DNA of 63,272 nucleotides, counting the filler, from Octopus bimaculoides (Eukaryota), in assembly GCF_001194135.2 (NCBI RefSeq). It is 7 parts of 6 records of this genome, joined end to end, with 100 filler letters (N's around TTAATTAATTAA, not from the genome) between each part and the next. Parts side by side here need not be neighbours in the genome. Positions count along the whole stretch, not along the records: positions 51,877 to 61,330 come from NC_069010.1; positions 61,431 to 63,272 come from NC_068999.1; 5 more parts are not named here. One strand, written 5' to 3'. The notes under the pieces are model-generated. The model did not search any database. It was not told where the DNA came from and saw only the letters and a list, made by a program, of their open reading frames with translations. This document shows, piece after piece, positions 56,425-63,272 of the stretch; within the stretch, counting starts at the first letter, position 1; the number at the start of each line of letters is the position of its first letter. The translations under genes and the position numbers were made by a program.

Positions 56425-57805
56425 ATTGGTGGTGAATTTACTGGATATGTAACAGAATATTCACATGAATGAACCGAACGAAATATCTTATACAAATCTG
56501 AATATCTCATGCTCTGAATATAAATTTCTTATTTATCTGCTTTCATGACCTAGTGCCTCTGAAGTACATTCAACCTCTGAGGAGTAAGCAGTGATGGGAC
56601 ATATATATTTTATTAACATTTTTCCTTTGTGTGACACCTGGGGGAAAGTGTCTTCTACAACAAGCTCGGAGCTAACCAATGCTACGTGAGTGAATTTAGT
56701 CGATAGAAACTGAATGAAACCTGTATATATGTATATATATATATACAGATTATATACATTGTAGATTATACACATATTATATTATGTTATATTATATTAT
56801 ATTATATTATACACATGTAAAGCTTGAAGCACGTGTACCGCGGAATCCCTGGTAGTTTTGTTGTTATTTTTTGGATTTACAATTTATATATATATACATA
56901 TATNNNNNNNNNNNNNNNNNNNNNNNNNNNNNNNNNNNNNNNNNNNNNNNNNNNNNNNNNNNNNNNNNNNNNNNNNNNNNNNNNNNNNNNNNNNNNNNNN
57001 NNNNNNNNNNNNNNNNNNNNNNNNNNNNNNNNNNNNNNNNNNNNNNNNNNNNNNNNNNNNNNNNNNNNNNNNNNNNNNNNNNNNNNNNNNNNNNNNNNNN
57101 NNNNNNNNNNNNNNNNNNNNNNNNNNNNNNNNNNNNNNNNNNNNNNNNNNNNNNNNNNNNNNNNNNNNNNNNNNNNNNNNNNNNNNNNNNNNNNNNNNNN
57201 NNNNNNNNNNNNNNNNNNNNNNNNNNNNNNNNNNNNNNNNNNNNNNNNNNNNNNNNNNNNNNNNNNNNNNNNNNNNNNNNNNNNNNNNNNNNNNNNNNNN
57301 NNNNNNNNNNNNNNNNNNNNNNNNNNNNNNNNNNNNNNNNNNNNNNNNNNNNNNNNNNNNNNNNNNNNNNNNNNNNNNNNNNNNNNNNNNNNNNNNNNNN
57401 NNNNNNNNNNNNNNNNNNNNNNNNNNNNNNNNNNNNNNNNNNNNNNNNNNNNNNNNNNNNNNNNNNNNNNNNNNNNNNNNNNNNNNNNNNNNNNNNNNNN
57501 NNNNNNNNNNNNNNNNNNNNNNNNNNNNNNNNNNNNNNNNNNNNNNNNNNNNNNNNNNNNNNNNNNNNNNNNNNNNNNNNNNNNNNNNNNNNNNNNNNNN
57601 NNNNNNNNNNNNNNNNNNNNNNNNNNNNNNNNNNNNNNNNNNNNNNNNNNNNNNNNNNNNNNNNNNNNNNNNNNNNNNNNNNNNNNNNNNNNNNNNNNNN
57701 NNNNNNNNNNNNNNNNNNNNNNNNNNNNNNNNNNNNNNNNNNNNNNNNNNNNNNNNNNNNNNNNNNNNNNNNNNNNNNNNNNNNNNNNNNNNNNNNNNNN
57801 NNNNN

Positions 57806-58176
57806 TTTAGCAACCCTCATTTGCACCTCCTGCCGCGAGGTAGGTTCATCTGGGACTCTCGACAGGAAGAGGTCCAGCTTTGATTTAAAAACCTCTACAT
57901 CTACTTTGTGCAGGTTCCTCAGGCTCTCTGGGAGAATATTAAAAAGCTGTGGGCCCCTGAAACCCAAATTGTTGCAGTAACTGGTCCTGAAGCGCGATGG
58001 CATTGCTGGGATCTTTGGCACTATGCAGTGTCGTCCCGTTCTGGCATTCAATGCCAAAATTTGGCACAATTCCTTCCAGGATCTTCAAGATGTATATTAC
58101 TGCATACCTCTCATGCCTTCTCTCCAGGGAGTAGAGTCTTAGCTGTTTCAGCCTTTCCCAGTAGCTGAGCAGTTGC
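57806..58176 (-). mobile_element. CR1/L2-clade LINE, ORF2 C-terminal fragment
   Basis: SYWERLKQLRLYSLERRHERYAVIYILKIL...GFRGPQLFNILPESLRNL...FKSKLDLFLSRVPDEP, with a frameshift. Confidence 0.85.
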
Positions 58177-58506
58177 AATGCATATATATATATATATGCA
58201 TATATATGTATATATGTATATATATACATATGTATATATACATGTGTGTGTGTGTGTGTGTGTCTAATTTATTACCTTATCGCTCCCATATTTCTCTTCT
58301 TACGGCACATCCTGACACACTTCCCTTATCTCTCTCTTCTCAGCAAAATACGTCGGAAGTATAACGCAGCCTCAATCGTCAGGTTCCCATTTGAATTTAC
58401 CCCCTCTTCTTCACTTTCTCCTTTATTACACATCCATATTACCTTAACACGGACCTCGAGTAAACAAGAGTCCCTAATCCACTCCCACTTCACTCTTTTT
58501 AATTCC

Positions 58507-58810
58507 TCCGCCGCCGCCGCCTCCTGACCGAGGAAGACCATTGCCGACCTTCAGGAACATTCTGCGCTCTAGGACTAACTTATATTTTGCACTTGCGGCT
58601 CCGTTGGTGGCTAATGAGCCCTGCTCTTGACAAGCATACACGACTGCAAACATTGCAGACCAAGCTTTCCCCCATTCACTATACGAGCCGTGCGCTTTCG
58701 CGCAGCTCACTCAAGTTCTTCATGCTGGATACGTGCTCTCTCAAAAGTGTCGAGCCCCTCCTGAACCTGCTTCCTCCATCCGTGCCGATGACAGGCATTG
58801 TTCTCCCAGT
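58507..58810 (-). mobile_element. RTE LINE 3' end (different family, single zinc finger)
   Basis: Minus frame reads DWENNACHRHGWRKQVQEGLDTFERAR...LVCNVCSRVCLSRAGLISHQRS...*, followed by a short UTR and a (GGC)n tail. Confidence 0.75.
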
Positions 58811-59457
58811 CATACACACATACATACGTACATATATATCATGAACTAACTGTTACTTTCTCAGAATGCAGCACAGACCTTTGTCAGTGAACAGGTCGTC
58901 GCGGTCTCAAAGCGACGAAAATATTTTGACGAATTAAATCTAAATGTTGAAGTGAATCTAACGGTCTCTGTCTGTTTTTTTAATGGCTTATAAACACCTT
59001 CCACGCGGCAATTCTTCATCTGTTTACATTAGGCAACGTTTTTCTCATTGGACATTTCTCCAACTTAACTTGCTCTATGCTGCATATATGGAGATTTAAT
59101 GAGAAAATCTATGCTAATCTATAGAGAGAATGTTATCGATATCTCTATATTTACACCATTCCCTAACCGTTCATCTGTTAGCTGTGGTTTAATATTCGAC
59201 ATGACTCCCATCACTATCACTCATAGATAGGAATAGATAAACATGAAACTCATAGATCCAACTTCTCGGCTCTTTTATTAAGTTCCTATTATTATCTTTA
59301 TGATAATTCCAAATTAAAATATGAATTTATATCTATGTACGAAACAATGGTATGCATGGACAAACGTCCTACAATTTTTTAGCATCTTATCGCCTCCGTT
59401 TTTTGGCAGATATGATTGGATTTGTAGAACTTCATTGCATAAATTAATCATGCACTT

Positions 59458-59935
59458 CATATGAAAGAGTTTGAAGAGGCCAGGGTAATGCATGCAAGAC
59501 TCAAAAAAGATTTGAGGAAGAATGTTACGATCGAGAAGGTGAACGACAATGACCTTTTTCTGTGCACAGTTTGTGACAAACCATGCTTTTCTTTTGCTGG
59601 GCTCAAATCTCATTTGCAAACCCATTTGAAAACGGACCTTCACTAACTATTCTGTCTCTATGTCTGTGCACACCTTTGAATGCAACGAATGCCAGAAGGT
59701 TTGCAAATCTAACGAAGGCCTCAAGAGATATTTTAAGATCAACAAAGACAAGAACTTAAATGCAGCTCTTTGGTGGGCCAAATCAGATATGCAAACTATG
59801 TTGGTGTCTTTTCAGAACATTGTTTGGTTTAAAAAGCCACATCAGATGCCATGATGGTTCTAAGGTGTAGGTACAGGAGGTGGTGGTCTACCTCTGCATA
59901 TGGAGTAGACAACCACCGCATATATAAATAAATAA
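59458..59935 (+). mobile_element. Second copy of the same RTE 3' end, with three C2H2 fingers and a 3' UTR stem-loop
   Basis: Homologous to 47985-48368. Fingers: CTVCDKPCFSFAGLKSHLQTH, CNECQKVCKSNEGLKRYFKIN, CKLCWCLFRTLFGLKSHIRCH, then GSKV*. The 3' UTR has gtctac...gtagac followed by an AT-rich tail. Confidence 0.8.
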
Positions 59936-59999
59936 ATATATATAAATTAATAAATTGATAATCTTTTACCCTTTTATTTGTTATATATATATATATATA

Positions 60000-60159
60000 G
60001 GTTCAAAAAAAGGAAAAAGACAAAAAACAACAACGTGAAGACGTGATACAGATAGTGTTACTAGACGCTCGGGAAAGGAAAGAGAGAGAGTATGACGTTT
60101 TGAGCGGAGCTCTTCGTCGGAAACAAGGAAAGTCCAAAGAAGGGAAAAACGGAGGAAGA

Positions 60160-60160
<1 letters not shown>
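60000..60160 (-). mobile_element. Repeat end (probably Penelope-related) with a decayed minimal hammerhead at 60090-60124
   Basis: Minus strand reads GUUU-CCGACGA-A-GAGC-UCC-GCUC-AAAA-CGUC-AUAC. A related decayed copy is at 24981-25015. Confidence 0.45.
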
Positions 60161-60201
<41 letters not shown>

Positions 60202-61298
60202 TCATATAATGATATCTACCAAATGTATCGGTGAGATAAAACATGTAATCGTTACCAAAATAGCAAAAATTCGTCCACAAAGGTCTATAGTAGACTCCTT
60301 ATGGATCGGATCTCCTTGGTTATATATTAAAAAAATTTAATAAGACCTTTGACGTTGATATCCATATATATCAACATTTCTGTATAAGGTCAATGCATAC
60401 ATAGGTAATAAACTTTATATATATAATATAATATAATATAATTTAGCATATAAGGGTTGAGTGTGGATTCGTCCTGTAATTGGAGAAGTTTCCAAAAGAT
60501 TTCTACCGTTGATTCTTTATATTTTACTTCGAATTTACCGATGTTTATTTAAAACACAACTATCAGGTAACAACGGAAAGGTGATGATATATATATATAT
60601 AATATAGAAATATAGGTAAGTTTCTCCTGTAGATTAATATAAACTTCCAAATAAGAATTGAGAAGCAAGTGGGGAGGGGGTGAAAACACAATATCCAAAT
60701 AAGTTTTAAAATACTGGAGACTGAAATTTATATTTAAACGTTTATAATCATTACGGATTATTTATGAATGAGAAAAACATGTTTAAAAGCAATCATAAAT
60801 GGTTGGTGGTATATAAATTCTACAACAGAATGTTTTATGTAAATAATATGAGAGAATTATAGAAGGAGACAGGTAGATATTACAGAAAGTAATTAAAGCA
60901 ATTAAGCAATAACATAGTTAATAAAACGATATAAAAACAGAATAAAGATTGTAAGAATAATAAATAAAATATGAAGAAGAGCGGGTATTTTACTTACAAC
61001 GTCCGCTGCTAAAATTATAAATCGTCTATGGCAGGGTGTATATAGAAAAATTAATATATCGAAAAGATTTGAGGAATAATTGAAGAGAAAGTATTTAGTA
61101 GTGTAGGGGAGATAATAAGGGAGGAACATGGTTTAGTTTTCGTCTGATCATGGAGATTGGAAAAATTAAATATATTGTCATTAGATGTAATACAAATAAT
61201 ATAGGAGTATATGCGTATATACGTACATGTATGTACATACCTACATCATTAGATGTAGATGAATATGCTTACTAAAGAAAAAAATATATAAAGTTATA

Positions 61299-61330
<32 letters not shown>

Positions 61331-61430
61331 NNNNNNNNNNNNNNNNNNNNNNNNNNNNNNNNNNNNNNNNNNNNTTAATTAATTAANNNNNNNNNNNNNN
61401 NNNNNNNNNNNNNNNNNNNNNNNNNNNNNN

Positions 61431-61463
<33 letters not shown>

Positions 61464-61537
61464 ATATATCGTATCATATATGTAAATATTCGTATTTATG
61501 TTTACTCATATGTATGCATCTCTCCATCTATCTATCC

Positions 61538-61595
<58 letters not shown>

Positions 61596-63272
61596 TTGTC
61601 TGTCTGTTTGTATGTATGTATGTATGTATGTCTATCTATTTGTCAATCTATCTATCTATTTATCTATCTTCTCGTCTATCTATCATTCTATCTGTCTCTC
61701 TTTATATATATATACAGAGGGAGAGAGGGGGAGGGAGAAGGAGAGAGAGACAGAGAGATGAGGTAGACAGATACATACACACATACACACATGCACGCAT
61801 ACATGTGTGTGTGTGTGTGTTGTGTGTTTATGTGCGTGTATATATATATATATATATATATACATGCATACTCACAATTTCAAACTACATTACTGCTAAT
61901 AGAATATTCCAATTTCCTGATGGCTTCCTTCGAACTCCTGTTCGTATTCCTCGAATACTATTTGATTTTTGTAATCTTCTAGATTATGAACATGATATGA
62001 GTGCCAGCTCGTAGTGCCAGCTCGTAGTGCCAGTCACATATCATAGCATTTAAAATGGAGACTATTTGTTTGGTTAAAGAAATATACCATTTTAGGAAGT
62101 ATATATAATATTAAATGTAACAAACAGAAATAAATATATATTTAGTACTTATGCCACAAAATACAGACATTTCCTCTTATATAATTTCTGCTCTGATAGA
62201 GTTTTAAAGATTTTTGTTTGCAATTGTTAATCTTAATATAATCTGGAATTAGATAATTCTGACATTAGATAATTGTTGGTGTGAAATTGTCGGAATTTCG
62301 AACTTCAGAGAAATCAATTTCCTTACCAGATATTGAACAGGTATATTCTTACGAAAGTGCTGCCACTGCTTGTTTGATAATGGGTTTTCTTTCAAGATAT
62401 TTTATTTATATAATCGAGAACCAGACAGAATAATCTCTTATGAAATCATCAGTCCTGTTGCATTTTCTTCATTGATTTTTTTTTCCAGTTAGAGAAACTA
62501 ATAGATTAAGGCAATGCAACATATGAAAGTAGATGCAAAGAACATACACTAGCAGCTACGCACACATATATTTGTATAAGTGCGCGTGTGCGTGTGAGTA
62601 TATGGGTGTGGGGGAGATGAGTGTGCATATGTTCGTGTATGTATATGCATGTGTGTGTTTACCAAAAACGACACACTACATATCGCACCAAACGCAGTTT
62701 ATAACTTTTTAAAGCTGGGGCTGGATTCTCCTTTTTCATTCGGTGGTAACAAATGTCGTTGGATCTTATCTAACATCATTTTAAAATAGTAGAATATAAC
62801 AGAATATTCCCTTCTACTTCGATTGCTGAAGAACCCTTTTCGAATGCATACAGAATGCAATGACTGGTATATGTCAGGTGTGAATCCATTTTAAAAGAGT
62901 AAAAATCAATACGTATTTAACCAGAGATTTATAAAATAATCTGTAAATAAAGGTGGAATAATAAGAATGAAAAATTAATCTTTATTTGTTACAATAAGTA
63001 TTGCAAAAATACCCACGAACTGCCCATCTCGTAAAGACAACATGATGTTCTTTCCAAATTAATGATCGGCAAATGATAAATTGTTACAACTCGCCACTTG
63101 GAAGCAGTACAAGATAAAATATCTGCGAATAAAACATATTCACCTAAACATCGTTTCACTCATTATTTATCTATCTTAGTAAATTTGTCACTTCGTAAAA
63201 CGCCTTTATTTTCAAGTACATTATACATTCGTACTGCATTCACTTACGCAATCTAATTTGTTTATTTTCATT

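Overview
This is an AT-rich eukaryotic window dense in microsatellites, SINEs and N gaps (more than 25). The repeat families look like those I recall from Octopus (coleoid cephalopod); that assignment is inference. Most of the supplied ORF track is noise from simple repeats or N runs. One host gene is well supported: a 5'-partial, + strand type II membrane GT-B fucosyltransferase-like gene. It has a transmembrane exon at 52567-52683 spliced in phase 0 to a single catalytic exon at 54388-55380, which carries all three alpha1,2/1,6/O-fucosyltransferase motifs. The rest is decayed mobile DNA: three recurring SINE-like families, RTE and CR1 LINE fragments (one RTE tail has three C2H2 fingers), several Tc1/mariner fossils, MITEs, a Penelope GIY-YIG fragment and several minimal hammerhead ribozyme motifs. 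Six 100-bp N44-TTAATTAATTAA-N44 spacers mark artificial scaffold joins, so order and orientation across them are uncertain. I see no convincing wholly new multi-gene system. The best leads are the NodZ-like transferase with its duplicated splice acceptor, the hammerheads and the triple-finger RTE tail.
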